Assembly (NCBI GenBank): GCA_040752695.1
Contig: JBFMGO010000070.1
Coordinates: forward strand, 1-32,216
DNA from: a bacterium
GTDB lineage: Bacteria > SZUA-182 > DTGQ01
Direction: 5' to 3'
DNA: 32,216 nucleotides
Part shown: positions 10,065 through 20,384 of the stretch, in pieces
Layout of the letters: each line of letters opens with the position of its first letter
Position numbering within the stretch: position 1 is the first letter of the stretch
The notes under the pieces: model-generated
The model's database searches: none
What the model was told of the DNA's origin: nothing
The model's input: only the letters and a program-made list of their open reading frames with translations
Made by a program: the position numbers and the translations under genes

Positions 10065-12299
10065 CTAAGGCAGGCATTCGAAACGGTGATCTTTCACCGT
10101 GATGATAAAGGTTTTTTTGATGGCTTCTCCTGAAGGAGAAAAGCTCGTCGTTCCGGTAACTCCGGAGAAATCACGGGTGAGGGAAAGAGAGTACCGCAGT
10201 CCTGCCCTGGTCAGCCTGTCAGATAAGAGGGCCAGGAGCAGGATATTGGTGGTATCGTAGCCCTGGGCGGAGAGAAGATCCGGGAGATGACCGTATTTCC
10301 TCTGATAATTGTGAACAAATTCCTGTATCAGAGGGTCCGTGCTTTCTTTGAAGAAGCCGGTAGTGAATATGGCCCCCTCGACATATTCTCCCCCCTGGGA
10401 GATGATCTGTTCCGAATACCAGCCGTCACATCCAAGCAGTTGAATGGCCCGCTCTCCTCCCTCGCGGGCGCGGGAAGATTGCCCGCCGGTCGCGAGGTCC
10501 GCCTGCCGTTCCCCGGCAGATCTGCTCTCATTGGGCGATTCGCCTCCCGAGTCATAAAAAGGGACCTGCGGAGCGATGAGAACAATCTCTTCCGGGTAGC
10601 CGGGAATGAAAAGCCCCTCAGGGTGTACGCTGTTGATCCTCTCCAGTTGTCTGCGAAAGTCTGTTTCTCCTTCCTGGTAAGACTCGACGATCAGGATTTC
10701 TGCTCCGAGTGCTCTTGCTTCCTGGGAGAAGATCTGCATCAATTCAATGCCGTATGGATTATTGGGATAGAGAACGCCAAACCGCCTCAGCATAAGGGAA
10801 TTGACGGCATAGTCAGCTATGGCTCTGCCCTGCTGCTGATTGGTCAGGCAATCGCGGAAAAAGAAGGGGCTCCTTTCCGGAATACCTTTGCCTGTAGCAG
10901 TCGGGGTAATCATGCAGATGCCGAATTTGTCAATTACAGGGGCCATAGCATAGGCTTCAGCGCTGAGCAAAGGGCCGATAATTGCTGCAACACGTTCCTT
11001 CTCGACGAGGAGCTTAACCCCGTTTTTTCCATATTCGGGATTTCCCTTGGAATCCACGATAACTAATTGAATATCCGTATGATTATGGAGGTTATATTCT
11101 TCAATTGCCAATTTGATCCCTTCAATCACCTTGGTTCCATAAGCGGCGAAGTCGCCGGAAATAGGAAGAATACACCCTATCTTACTGCTGTTCAGGGCTA
11201 ATTGATGATTCAGCTCTTCCAGGTTGCGGCTGATCGCCTGCTTTTGGGCATGATCAGGAAAGTCGATGATAAATTGCTCCCACGCCTGTTTGGCTTTCAA
11301 CAACTGATGCTCTTTTTGCCAGGCGTATCCCAATTGGATAAGAGCCAGATCAGCGGGATAACCCCGCTTTTCCGCCAGGGTTTGGAGATCCTCCCGGGTA
11401 AGCTGGTTCTGGATGATGCCGGCAATCTGCTGCTCGTATTGAGCCGATTCCTGGGGATTTGCAGCATAGTGGCGTGCCTTCAGCAGGTTTTCGAGAGCCT
11501 CCAGCGGATGATTGAGCATGAGGTTCGCCTGGATTAAAGACTGCTGAATTTCCTTCCGGTGCGAGGCTCCATAATCGCTCGTGAGCAGGTTATTGAGCTG
11601 AGCTATTGCCTGTTCACTTTGTTCCAGGTGTATCTGGCAGAGGCTGATCCGATAGAGAATTTCCGGATCCTTTCTTTTTGCAGGATCGAGCAACTGCAAG
11701 AGGGTGTATTCATCGAGAGCTTTCCGGTATTCCTTCAGGGCGAGATACGAGTCAGCCATAAGCGAGACCACTTCGGTCTCCCGGCCAGGGTGGTTGTAAC
11801 TCAGGTACTTACGAAATTGGGATATTGCCTCGGAATAGTTCTGGAGATAAAAGAAGCAGATCCCCACTTCGAGATATGCGTCCAGAACATGCTCGCTCCG
11901 GGGATAGTGTTGAACTATTTTCTCGAACCAGGATATGGCCTTTTGATAATTCTTCTGCTGCTGATAAATCTTTCCCAGACGAAAAATGGCGGTATCCGCC
12001 AGGGGGTGCCCGGGATCATGGATAAGAAAGGTGTTGTATAATTTTTCTGCCCGGTCATATTTCTCCTGATTGTAGAGCTGGCCGGCCATCTGGTAGTAAT
12101 CGAGAGTGGAAAGGTTTTTCGGTGTGCAGCCCCATAAGAAAAGCTGCAAAACCAGGGCCCAGATAAGCATCCTTTGCCCCTGATGAGAAAATACACGTCT
12201 TACCAGGCTGGAAAGCGCAGGAGGCGGCGTATATCGTGAAGAGGCCGCTGGCGTATATCGTGAGTTCGCCGGCTTAGAGGGCACAGGTTGAGAGAACAC
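10065..12299 (-). CDS. Lipoprotein with N-terminal TPRs and C-terminal type I periplasmic-binding fold (LpoA/LppC-like)
   Basis: Lipobox-like LWGC, BamD/CpoB-like TPRs (YPRSEHVLDAYLEVG), IGCILPISG, AIIGPLLS, AQGYD, FSGVTG. Confidence 0.8.
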   Translation of the reverse strand: MFSQPVPSKPANSRYTPAASSRYTPPPALSSLVRRVFSHQGQRMLIWALVLQLFLWGCTPKNLSTLDYYQMAGQLYNQEKYDRAEKLYNTFLIHDPGHPLADTAIFRLGKIYQQQKNYQKAISWFEKIVQHYPRSEHVLDAYLEVGICFFYLQNYSEAISQFRKYLSYNHPGRETEVVSLMADSYLALKEYRKALDEYTLLQLLDPAKRKDPEILYRISLCQIHLEQSEQAIAQLNNLLTSDYGASHRKEIQQSLIQANLMLNHPLEALENLLKARHYAANPQESAQYEQQIAGIIQNQLTREDLQTLAEKRGYPADLALIQLGYAWQKEHQLLKAKQAWEQFIIDFPDHAQKQAISRNLEELNHQLALNSSKIGCILPISGDFAAYGTKVIEGIKLAIEEYNLHNHTDIQLVIVDSKGNPEYGKNGVKLLVEKERVAAIIGPLLSAEAYAMAPVIDKFGICMITPTATGKGIPERSPFFFRDCLTNQQQGRAIADYAVNSLMLRRFGVLYPNNPYGIELMQIFSQEARALGAEILIVESYQEGETDFRRQLERINSVHPEGLFIPGYPEEIVLIAPQVPFYDSGGESPNESRSAGERQADLATGGQSSRAREGGERAIQLLGCDGWYSEQIISQGGEYVEGAIFTTGFFKESTDPLIQEFVHNYQRKYGHLPDLLSAQGYDTTNILLLALLSDRLTRAGLRYSLSLTRDFSGVTGTTSFSPSGEAIKKTFIITVKDHRFECLP
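12226..12263. repeat. 24-nt-period duplication (SRYTP x2)
   Basis: GGCGTATATCGTGA at 12226 and 12250. Confidence 0.9.
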
Positions 12300-12360
12300 C
12301 GAAATCTTGGCTCCTTATATTTTTGACGGTAAAAGAGTAAGGAATTCTCCAAGTCAGGCT

Positions 12361-12389
12361 ATCATAGAGCAAAAAAAGGGAGTTGTCAA
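12361..12389 (-). promoter_or_regulatory. Sigma70-type promoter for the TPR lipoprotein gene
   Basis: Minus strand TTGACA-N17-TATGAT, about 60 nt upstream of the start. Confidence 0.7.
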
Positions 12390-12414
12390 TTTTTGAAAAC
12401 CACTTCTCAACCAT

Positions 12415-12464
12415 AAAAAAAAGGAAAGGGGGAAACGGCCCCATAAAGAACGGCCCGTTCCCCC
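12415..12464 (-). terminator. Probable intrinsic terminator of the serine hydrolase gene
   Basis: GGGGGAACGG...CCGTTTCCCCC stem followed by TTTCCTTTTTTTT on the minus strand, just past the stop. Confidence 0.55.
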
Positions 12465-12479
12465 TGCCCTGCTCCGTCC

Positions 12480-13757
12480 TTACTTATACTCCGCCTCTTT
12501 GAAGAGCCGTGTTTGAATATCCTTGATAAACCGGTCAACGGATGGTGTGCAATCCCCATTCATGAGGAGAATAATACCTGCGCCATCATCCGGACGGAAA
12601 AACATCTCCGTGGTTATCCCCATGTCCCCGCCGTTATGTCCGAGCAGACGCCAGCCTGACAGCTCCTTATAGTACCAGATTAACCCCCCTTGCGGATCGA
12701 TGCTGGGATTCTGCACCCTGCGCATCTCCTCGACCGTCTCTTTTTTAAGAATCCTCACCCCGTCCAATTCGCCATATTGAATAAACATGTTCAGAAAACG
12801 GGCAAGCTGCGGTGCGCTGCTCCTGAGCAAACCGTCAGGATAGTCCGGATAACCGTAGAAGCCATAAGCCGTGTAGCGGCGCCTCTGAGAATCGTAACCG
12901 TAAGGCATGGCAAGGTGAGAGTCATCCAGATCCGAAAGCCGCCAGGAGGTTTCCTCCATACCCAGGGGCTGGAAGATTTTAAGGTTGCAGTAAGTGTCAA
13001 AGGGCACCCCGCTCGTTGCCTCTACCAGATAAGCAGCCAGAGCAGCGCCAATATTGGAGTAATGGAAGGCCGTGCCAGGATCTTCCGAATAGAAGCTTCG
13101 CCTGGAACCGAAGCCCCACCTGCCTGATGTAAAGTAGTCTTCAAGGAACTGGCCAAGGCTGACCGGTGAATCCCTGTTCCAGACATAGGCTGAGTCCATG
13201 ACGTTTGCTCTGTCGCGAATGCTCGAGGTGTGAGTCAAAAGCATGCGGGTTGTAATCGGTTTAACGGGAGCACGGGGGTTTCTGACACTGAAAGGCAGGT
13301 ATCTGTTGATATCCTCGTCGAGATCGAACCTGCCTTCCTCCCATGCCTTCATGACAGCCACCGCGACTATGGTCTTCGAGACGCTGGCAAGCTGAAACAC
13401 GGTATCGGTGGTAACCGGCTGTCTGCCGATGCGTGCCCAGCCATAGGCTCCGCTCCAGGCAATCTTGCCATCCTTGACGATTAATGCAGAAAGGCCGGGG
13501 ATATTGACCTTGTCCAGCCGCTGCTGGATATAACTATCCAGATCGCTTTCCGTATCAAGATCCTGAGCATCATAAGCATCGACGGTTTCCTTTGCCAGAG
13601 ACCGGGACCGTCCGGGCACATGGAAATGTGACGGCCGTGCCAAACGTGAGCTTCTCTCCCTTTCACTTCCCCAGGTTAATCCCGCCACATGAATGAACAT
13701 GAAAAACAGCGCGAGAGTTGCGACTACCCATTTACCTCTTCCTTTTCCTTCTGACAT
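12480..13757 (-). CDS. Secreted serine hydrolase, beta-lactamase (AmpC-like) family
   Basis: Signal peptide, SVSK (SxxK), LLTHTSS, YSN, HNG motifs; AGGAGG RBS. Confidence 0.9.
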   Translation of the reverse strand: MSEGKGRGKWVVATLALFFMFIHVAGLTWGSERERSSRLARPSHFHVPGRSRSLAKETVDAYDAQDLDTESDLDSYIQQRLDKVNIPGLSALIVKDGKIAWSGAYGWARIGRQPVTTDTVFQLASVSKTIVAVAVMKAWEEGRFDLDEDINRYLPFSVRNPRAPVKPITTRMLLTHTSSIRDRANVMDSAYVWNRDSPVSLGQFLEDYFTSGRWGFGSRRSFYSEDPGTAFHYSNIGAALAAYLVEATSGVPFDTYCNLKIFQPLGMEETSWRLSDLDDSHLAMPYGYDSQRRRYTAYGFYGYPDYPDGLLRSSAPQLARFLNMFIQYGELDGVRILKKETVEEMRRVQNPSIDPQGGLIWYYKELSGWRLLGHNGGDMGITTEMFFRPDDGAGIILLMNGDCTPSVDRFIKDIQTRLFKEAEYK

Positions 13758-13860
13758 AAGCGGTGCCTCCTACGTGTACGGTTAATAAGGAATACGAGAA
13801 TATGAACCTGCGACCTCAAGTCAGGATTCGGTTAAGAGCTTTTAAAATGCTGAACCCAAT

Positions 13861-13950
13861 GATGAAGCAAAGATGGAAATGTTGAATCAAAGAAGTGATT
13901 GTTGAATCAAAGAAGTGAATATTAAATTATAAGATATACTGTTGAACCAA
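13861..13950. repeat. 20-nt-phased direct repeat array upstream of the serine hydrolase
   Basis: TGTTGAATCAAAGAAGTGA at 13880 and 13900; degenerate copies at 13861 and 13940. Confidence 0.8.
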
Positions 13951-14065
13951 CAGCGTGTATAAAAAAGGATGCGTAAAAGGTGTTAACTATGGTGTGTAAA
14001 ATATACTAATAAAAAGCCACCCCAAAACTATAAATGAAGCGCTGGTTCAGGGTAAAATTAGTAAA

Positions 14066-14095
14066 ATTTTACCCGAAAAAAACCGCTCAAGTCAA
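14066..14095 (-). promoter_or_regulatory. Possible sigma70 promoter for the serine hydrolase
   Basis: Minus strand TTGACT-N18-TAAAAT. Confidence 0.4.
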
Positions 14096-14122
14096 GTTTT
14101 TTTTCACCAGTCCAGGGCACCG

Positions 14123-14220
14123 TCCCGTGGCCAGTGGCCCCCTCTTGCGTGTCCAGAAGGCAAGACCCCGCAATCCCGTGGCCGGCGGCCCCTCCTTGCG
14201 TGTCCAGAAGGAGACCCCCT
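14123..14220. repeat. 51-nt-period GC-rich tandem repeat downstream of pgi
   Basis: TCCCGTGGCC...CTTGCGTGTCCAGAAGG..AGACCCC at 14123 and 14174. Confidence 0.9.
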
Positions 14221-14287
14221 CGTCCCGGTTCCCATGTCTAAAAGTGGCTCCCATCTCATGTCTTGAGATGGCGGCCCTCATCCAATT

Positions 14288-15964
14288 TTAATCCCGGTTC
14301 CCATCAAGAAAGATTTGCAACATGGCATTGGTTGCGGGATTAAACTCGGTTACTTTCTTTTCACGATCCTGGTTGTATTCCATAATTCTGCCTCGAATGC
14401 GCTTGCCGAGTACCTTGCCCAGTTCCACGCCCCATTGATCAAAGCTGTCGATCCCCCAGATAAAGCCCTCCACCGCCGTTTGATGTTCATAAAGTGCCAG
14501 CAGCATGCCGGTAGTCTTGGGAACGAGTCTGTTGAAGAGTATGAGGGATGACGGCCTGTTGCCGGGAAAGGTCTTGTGCGCGATCAAAGGTTCCGGTACT
14601 CCCTCCTGGCGCAGTTCTTCTTCGGTTTTTCCAAAAGCCAGTGCATCGGGCTGGGCAAAGAAGTTGGCCATCAGTTCCTGATGGCTGTCTACAGAGGTTC
14701 CCGATCTTTCACCTTCCTGGCCATGGTATTGGGATCTGATAAAGCCGATGAAATCACAAGGTACGACCTGTCCCTGGTGGAGCAATTGATAAAACGAGTG
14801 CTGACCGTTCGTGCCCGGCTCTCCAAAAATCACCGGCCCTGTCGGGACCGGCACGATCCTGCCCTCGATATCCACACGTTTGCCGTTACTTTCCATAACC
14901 ACTTGCTGAATATGGGCCGGGAATCGCCGGAGTGCCTGACTATAGGGAAGAATGGCCCGGCTGTTATACCCGAGCAAATCATTGTTCCAGATACTCAACA
15001 AGCCCATGATTACGGGCATGTTTTTGTTGAAAGGAGCTTCCAGGAAATGACGGTCCATTGCATATCCGCCGGCCAAAAGATCCTCGAAGTTTTCATATCC
15101 GAGGTACAGGGACAGGGGCACTCCGCCTACAGCGGAACTGACACTGAACCGTCCCCCCACCCAGTCCCAGAACTCAAAGGTATTGACAGGATCAATGCCG
15201 AACTCTTCCACGGCCGGGATATTGGTGGAAACTGCCACGAAATGCTTTTTTACAATCTCAGCCTCGGGGTGACCTTTCAGCCGTGACACCATCCACTCTC
15301 TGGCTTTGCGGGCATTCATCATGGTCTCCACCGTAGTAAAGGTTTTCGAAATGATCACGAACAGGGTTTCCTCAGGGTCCAGCTGTTGTACAACCGTCTG
15401 GGCAAAGTCGGTCCCATCCACGTTGGCCACGAAGAACAGCCTCATACCCGGCCTGGAATAGGCACGGTTGGCCTCGGCCACAAACTCCGGTCCCAGGTAT
15501 GAGCCGCCGATGCCGATAGCTACGATGTTTTTCACCGGCCTGTTGGTGATTCCCCGCCACTTTTCCAGAATAACCTGCCGGGAGAAGTCCCTTATCTTTG
15601 CCAGAGCGGCCCTGACCTGCGGCATCACATCCTGACCGTCCACATCGATAGGGCCGCCCCACAGGTTGCGCAGGGCTACGTGCAGCGCTGCCCGGTTTTC
15701 AGTCAGGTTGATCTTCCTGCCCTGAAACATCTGCCGGATATTTTCTCTCAGGTTCCGCGCCTCAGCCAGGGCATAGAGCAGCTTCATGGTCTTTTCAGTC
15801 ACGAGCTGACGGGAAAAGTCAAAGATTACTTCTCCTTCCAAAGAAACGCTTAAGGTTTGCCAGCGGTTCGGGTCTTGAGCAAACTCCTGGCGGAGGCTCA
15901 TCTTTTTTGCCTCCTTAGTTTCCCTCTCGAGTTCCTTCCATTCTGCAAGTTGAGTAATCATCAT
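14288..15964 (-). CDS. pgi: Glucose-6-phosphate isomerase
   Basis: IGIGGSYLGP, SKTFTTVET, FWDWVGGRFS, MESNGK, GTNGQHSFYQLLHQG, FDQWGVELGK. Confidence 0.98.
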   Translation of the reverse strand: MMITQLAEWKELERETKEAKKMSLRQEFAQDPNRWQTLSVSLEGEVIFDFSRQLVTEKTMKLLYALAEARNLRENIRQMFQGRKINLTENRAALHVALRNLWGGPIDVDGQDVMPQVRAALAKIRDFSRQVILEKWRGITNRPVKNIVAIGIGGSYLGPEFVAEANRAYSRPGMRLFFVANVDGTDFAQTVVQQLDPEETLFVIISKTFTTVETMMNARKAREWMVSRLKGHPEAEIVKKHFVAVSTNIPAVEEFGIDPVNTFEFWDWVGGRFSVSSAVGGVPLSLYLGYENFEDLLAGGYAMDRHFLEAPFNKNMPVIMGLLSIWNNDLLGYNSRAILPYSQALRRFPAHIQQVVMESNGKRVDIEGRIVPVPTGPVIFGEPGTNGQHSFYQLLHQGQVVPCDFIGFIRSQYHGQEGERSGTSVDSHQELMANFFAQPDALAFGKTEEELRQEGVPEPLIAHKTFPGNRPSSLILFNRLVPKTTGMLLALYEHQTAVEGFIWGIDSFDQWGVELGKVLGKRIRGRIMEYNQDREKKVTEFNPATNAMLQIFLDGNRD

Positions 15965-16185
15965 TATTCTCCTTTTTCCTGGTAAGGCTACCGGTTATCT
16001 GGTTATAATCTTTGATTCAAGTAGCTTAGTAAGAAAAGCGACCATGAACATGGGCAATCTTTGAAATCATCAAATAACTATAAAATCAATAAAAGTATAA
16101 AGTTATGAAAAAGCCAAAGAAGCATGGATTTACCAAAAGTATAAAAATATGAAAGCTTACAAGCGCAAATAATTTGGCCGCTGTG

Positions 16186-16214
16186 AGTATAAATTAAATT
16201 GAATATTTTTACAA
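16186..16214 (-). promoter_or_regulatory. Possible sigma70 promoter for pgi
   Basis: Minus strand TTGTAA-N17-TATACT. Confidence 0.45.
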
Positions 16215-16422
16215 TACTCCTTTTGCGGATATCCTGATGATAAGATTTGACGATAGTATTATAAAAAGAGGAGTGGAATTTTGCCCTTGGTAAGGCGCAG
16301 GGGAAGGGGTGAGGGGGGAACTGGCCGCATAATGAAGAAGTCCTGTATTAAGCTGTCCCCAAATCCCGCTTCAGATGACTGATTGCACCTGTTGCGCCGG
16401 CGGTTTTGGGATGGGCTCTCAG

Positions 16423-19203
16423 TTAAACTTTCTCCCAGTTGAATCCTGACATCACCGTTTTCCAATTTTCAAACTCTTTTTCAATGCCTTCAAGCAGCAA
16501 TCCATATCTTATTAGATTGCCGCTTCTTGCAGCAATTTCAAGTCGGGATGCCTCATCTGCAATCTTACTTGCCCCTATATTGGAAGCTTTTCCCTTTAAG
16601 GTATGGGCCAGTCGCTCGATAAGCGTTGAATCTTCCGACAGGACTGCCGCTTTTAAAGTCTGAAGCTCGGATGGTTCTGTTTCGAGAAACAGGGAGGAAA
16701 CATCCCGCAGGAGATCTTTGTCACCACCTAAATTTTCCATCGCCCCCGAGAAATCAAATACTCCCTCAGGCAAAGGCCCGGCAGGCGGCAGGATTTTCTC
16801 CTGGTTTCGGGCTTCGCCCCCTAACCAGGAGATGATTTTTTTCATTTCCTCTTCAACAGCCGCTACCTTGATTGGCTTGGAAACGTACCCGTCCATGCCC
16901 GCTTTAAGACACCTCTCCCTGTCGCCTTTCATGGCGTGAGCAGTCATAGCGATAATAGGCAGATGACCGCCGGAGGACTTTTCCTTCTCGCGGATACGCA
17001 TGGTGGTCTCAAGACCGTCCATAACCGGCATTTGGACATCCATGAACACTACATCACATCGATTATGGGCAATGGTCTTGAGAACCTCCTGCCCGTTTTC
17101 AGCTATCAGGACCGAATAGCCCTGCTTTTCCAGTAATCCGACAGCCACTTTCTGATTTATGATATCGTCCTCAGCCAGCAAAATCCTTAACCGCTGCCTT
17201 TGCTTCGTCTGATGAATGGCATTGCCGAGAAAATCTTTCGACGAATTTGTCGCACGCATTGAACTCCGGCCGAGGACCTCCATGGTCACGGAAAAAAGTT
17301 CTGATCGTTTGACAGGTTTGCGCAGGTAAGCGGAAATTTCCAGCCCCTTGCAGCGATTACTATCTCCTTTATAGTCCAGGGAGGTGAGCAGGATGATCCT
17401 GGTTTCGGAAAGTAACGGATCTTTTTTAATCAGGCTGCTTACTTCGAAGCCATCCATTTCAGGCATTTGGACATCCAGTAAGACCAAGGAATAGGGAGAG
17501 TTGTCCTGTGCAGCTCTTTTCATTTCGGTAAGGGCGCTCAAGCCATCTGGCACCGCCTGAGGCGAAAGGCCCCACGCAGAAGCCATTTCCTGTAAGATCA
17601 AGCGGTTGGTTCTGTTATCATCCACAATCAAGACACGTACACCTTGAAGATTGCCCGCCTTGAATCCACAAACTGCCTTTTTCTCTCCCGGCTGCTCGGA
17701 TTGAAGGCCGAACCTGGCTGTGAAATGAAAAGTGCTGCCTTTGCCGAACTCACTTTTCACCCAGATTCTCCCCCCCATCATTTCCGATAATTGCCTCGAG
17801 ATGGTCAATCCTAATCCTGTTCCCCCATATTTCCTTGTATAAGAACCGTCCCCCTGGTTGAAAGCCTCGAAAATGGCTCCCAGTTTGTCTTGAGGGATGC
17901 CTATTCCTGAATCGGAAACGGTAAAATGAAGAAGTGCCGACTCTTCTTCTTTCCTTTCAACCTCACAGACAATCACGACCTCACCTGTTTTGGTAAACTT
18001 GATAGCGTTTCCTCCCAAATTAATGATGATCTGGCGCAGCCGGCAGGGATCTCCGACAAGAAAAGCGGGGACATCGGGTTTAATGTGACAGACAAGCTCC
18101 AGACCCTTTTTTTGAGCTCGCAAAGCAAGCATCTCGGCAGCCGTCTCCAGGGTGTTCTGCAAGTCGAAATTGATCATCTCCATCTCCAGGCGGCCTGCTT
18201 CTATTTTTGAAAAATCCAGGATATCATTAATCAAGGCAAGCAATTGATCACCACTTTGGGAAATATCATTGAGAAATTCCTTGTGGGTTTTGTTTAAATC
18301 TTCTCCGTACTTATCTATGATCAACTCCGTTAAGCCAATAATGCCGTTGAGCGGGGTTCGGAGTTCATGGCTCATATTGGCCAGGAACTGGGATTTAGCA
18401 CGATTAGCATTTTCTGCATTTTCTTTCGCTGCTTGCAGTTCAGCAATTACCCTTTCCAGATCCTGGTTCATCTTTGAAAGTTCGGCAGTACGTCCGATCA
18501 CCTGCCCTTCCAGCTGCTCTCGGTGCTGTTTGAGTTTTTCATCGCGCACCTGAATCTGCGTCAGCATATTGTTAAAACCCTGAGCCAGGGAACCTACTTC
18601 GTCATTACTGATAACCGCCGATCGTACGGTAAAATCACCTTTCTCCGCTTCTTTCATGGCCCTGACTATTTTATTAATCGGCTTCGTAACCTGGCGGGAA
18701 ACAAAGAGCGATATAAGAAAACCGATCCCAAGGGTAATGAAAACAATAATGGCTATAAAAGCTATATCTTTCGTAATTTCCTTTTGGTATCTGATCGTTG
18801 AGATGCCAATTTCAACCTTACCGATAATTCTCTCATTATGGATAACCGGAGTTCGATAAATTTTGATTTTCCCAGAATCGATATCGTCGGGCCTGGAACT
18901 AAAATGAGTAATATGGTTGTCATTGTTATCGAAAATAATGGCATAGGTAATTTCTTTATCCCTTAGTACCTCTTTAATATACTCTTCCAAGGACCAATAA
19001 TCATAGGTCAGTATGGGAATAGTGCTTATTTTGGCCAGCAATTTATTGATCGTATTACCTTTTTCCGACAAACTCTTAAGGGAATCATCCCTTATCCTCA
19101 CGACCAGATAACGGCCAAGGATCAAACAAACCAGGAGCAAAGGGATATAGATACTCAATAAAATCTTTACTGAAAATTTAACATTTTTGGTAGTTTTAAA
19201 CAT
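16423..19203 (-). CDS. Hybrid sensor histidine kinase (TM-small periplasmic domain-TM-HAMP-HisKA-HATPase-REC-REC-Hpt)
   Basis: [59 protein letters not shown]. Confidence 0.95.
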   Translation of the reverse strand: MFKTTKNVKFSVKILLSIYIPLLLVCLILGRYLVVRIRDDSLKSLSEKGNTINKLLAKISTIPILTYDYWSLEEYIKEVLRDKEITYAIIFDNNDNHITHFSSRPDDIDSGKIKIYRTPVIHNERIIGKVEIGISTIRYQKEITKDIAFIAIIVFITLGIGFLISLFVSRQVTKPINKIVRAMKEAEKGDFTVRSAVISNDEVGSLAQGFNNMLTQIQVRDEKLKQHREQLEGQVIGRTAELSKMNQDLERVIAELQAAKENAENANRAKSQFLANMSHELRTPLNGIIGLTELIIDKYGEDLNKTHKEFLNDISQSGDQLLALINDILDFSKIEAGRLEMEMINFDLQNTLETAAEMLALRAQKKGLELVCHIKPDVPAFLVGDPCRLRQIIINLGGNAIKFTKTGEVVIVCEVERKEEESALLHFTVSDSGIGIPQDKLGAIFEAFNQGDGSYTRKYGGTGLGLTISRQLSEMMGGRIWVKSEFGKGSTFHFTARFGLQSEQPGEKKAVCGFKAGNLQGVRVLIVDDNRTNRLILQEMASAWGLSPQAVPDGLSALTEMKRAAQDNSPYSLVLLDVQMPEMDGFEVSSLIKKDPLLSETRIILLTSLDYKGDSNRCKGLEISAYLRKPVKRSELFSVTMEVLGRSSMRATNSSKDFLGNAIHQTKQRQRLRILLAEDDIINQKVAVGLLEKQGYSVLIAENGQEVLKTIAHNRCDVVFMDVQMPVMDGLETTMRIREKEKSSGGHLPIIAMTAHAMKGDRERCLKAGMDGYVSKPIKVAAVEEEMKKIISWLGGEARNQEKILPPAGPLPEGVFDFSGAMENLGGDKDLLRDVSSLFLETEPSELQTLKAAVLSEDSTLIERLAHTLKGKASNIGASKIADEASRLEIAARSGNLIRYGLLLEGIEKEFENWKTVMSGFNWEKV

Positions 19204-19214
19204 GTACCCTTAAT

Positions 19215-20384
19215 TCATGAATAGAGTCTTATGTTTCCGAGAATCCTCTCTTCCCGGTAGTCACTTTCGGGCGGATTTGCACCCAATTCTCTCATAATCC
19301 TTCGAGACTGATGAGACAGGAAAACCTCACCGGCAAGTTTCCCGCTGTCTATATGGTCAGACAGAAGGCCATACTTTTTCATAAGGTCGATAATAACTAA
19401 AGCTGCACTCTGATACGGGAAAGGATAGAAATCGGAGCGGCCAGGGGTAAAGGCATTCCTCAGAACATCCCTGGGCAACTGATTGTACTTATACCTCGGT
19501 GCACCCTGAAGCAGATCAATCATCCCTTCCCTGGATGCCGCCTCATTGGCCAAAAGACCGCCTTTGGTCATCGCTCTGGTGACAGAAATGACCAGTTCGC
19601 TATTCTTATCAAAGAACGCCTTTCTGGTCACTAAACCACAACATGGGTGATTAGGCCAGATATACTTACTCAACATATAAACCTCACCGAGGTTCAGTTT
19701 TTCTATCATGGCATCCCTGGGTTCAGGCATTATAAAGGCATCAACCTCACTCTTCTGTAACGCTTCCACTATCTTATTCAGCTTGATCACCCTGAAGTTC
19801 AGACTTTTCTGATAATCCAATCCATGCTTTTCAAGGAACATCATATTAATCAGATAGTGAACTGAAAGCTTAGCGTGATTGACAATTGTTTTGCCTTTAA
19901 AATCCAACGGGTTGATAATACCGGCGCCCTTCCTGACCATAAGGGCCGCACCATTTGTACCGGTGATCTGAGTAATTACCATTGGCGTCTTTGAGGTAAA
20001 TGGCTTGGATCCGGTGTGGATTGCGAAAACGAGGGGAACTATGAGTTGGCCAAAATCCAGTTTACCACTGATAAGATCATTGGCGATTAAAGCCATATCC
20101 GGGTAATTAATCAGGTTTACCCTGAGCTTTTCTTCTTGAAAAAAACCCTTCAGTTTCGTATAGACAAAGGGAACAGTACAGTGCGAGGGCGCAAAGACCC
20201 CGATATTAATCTCCGGTAACGGAGGAATAACGGCCATGATTGATCTTGGTTTTATGAGCCCCGCACCGACCATTGACGATGAGACAGCCACAGCCATCCT
20301 CTTGATAAAATTTCTTCGGCTGCATGGCAACTCAAAATCAATGCCATTTTTCACTTTTTTCTTATTACACTCACCGCCTTTCAT
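19215..20384 (-). CDS. Tat-exported NrtA/CmpA-like (nitrate/bicarbonate/sulfonate class) solute-binding protein
   Basis: SRRNFIK twin-arginine signal, TNGAALMV, FIMPEP, IWPNHPCC, FYPFPYQS; AGGAGG RBS. Confidence 0.85.
   Translation of the reverse strand: MKGGECNKKKVKNGIDFELPCSRRNFIKRMAVAVSSSMVGAGLIKPRSIMAVIPPLPEINIGVFAPSHCTVPFVYTKLKGFFQEEKLRVNLINYPDMALIANDLISGKLDFGQLIVPLVFAIHTGSKPFTSKTPMVITQITGTNGAALMVRKGAGIINPLDFKGKTIVNHAKLSVHYLINMMFLEKHGLDYQKSLNFRVIKLNKIVEALQKSEVDAFIMPEPRDAMIEKLNLGEVYMLSKYIWPNHPCCGLVTRKAFFDKNSELVISVTRAMTKGGLLANEAASREGMIDLLQGAPRYKYNQLPRDVLRNAFTPGRSDFYPFPYQSAALVIIDLMKKYGLLSDHIDSGKLAGEVFLSHQSRRIMRELGANPPESDYREERILGNIRLYS

Noticed and set aside
12480..13757. Calling the serine hydrolase an antibiotic-resistance beta-lactamase
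   Set aside because: SxxK/YxN/HxG motifs are shared by esterases and peptidases; substrate cannot be read from sequence.
14123..14220. Possible mini-CRISPR
   Set aside because: Two abutting units with no unique spacers and no cas genes.
10287..15286. Long antisense ORFs (10287-11066, 11559-12041, 12690-13127, 14576-15286)
   Set aside because: Shadows of well-supported opposite-strand genes, with no recognisable motifs.
16290..16325. G-rich tract GGGGAAGGGGTGAGGGGGG as a G-quadruplex or REP
   Set aside because: Short, single copy, with no complete complementary arm; not supportable beyond a possible relic.
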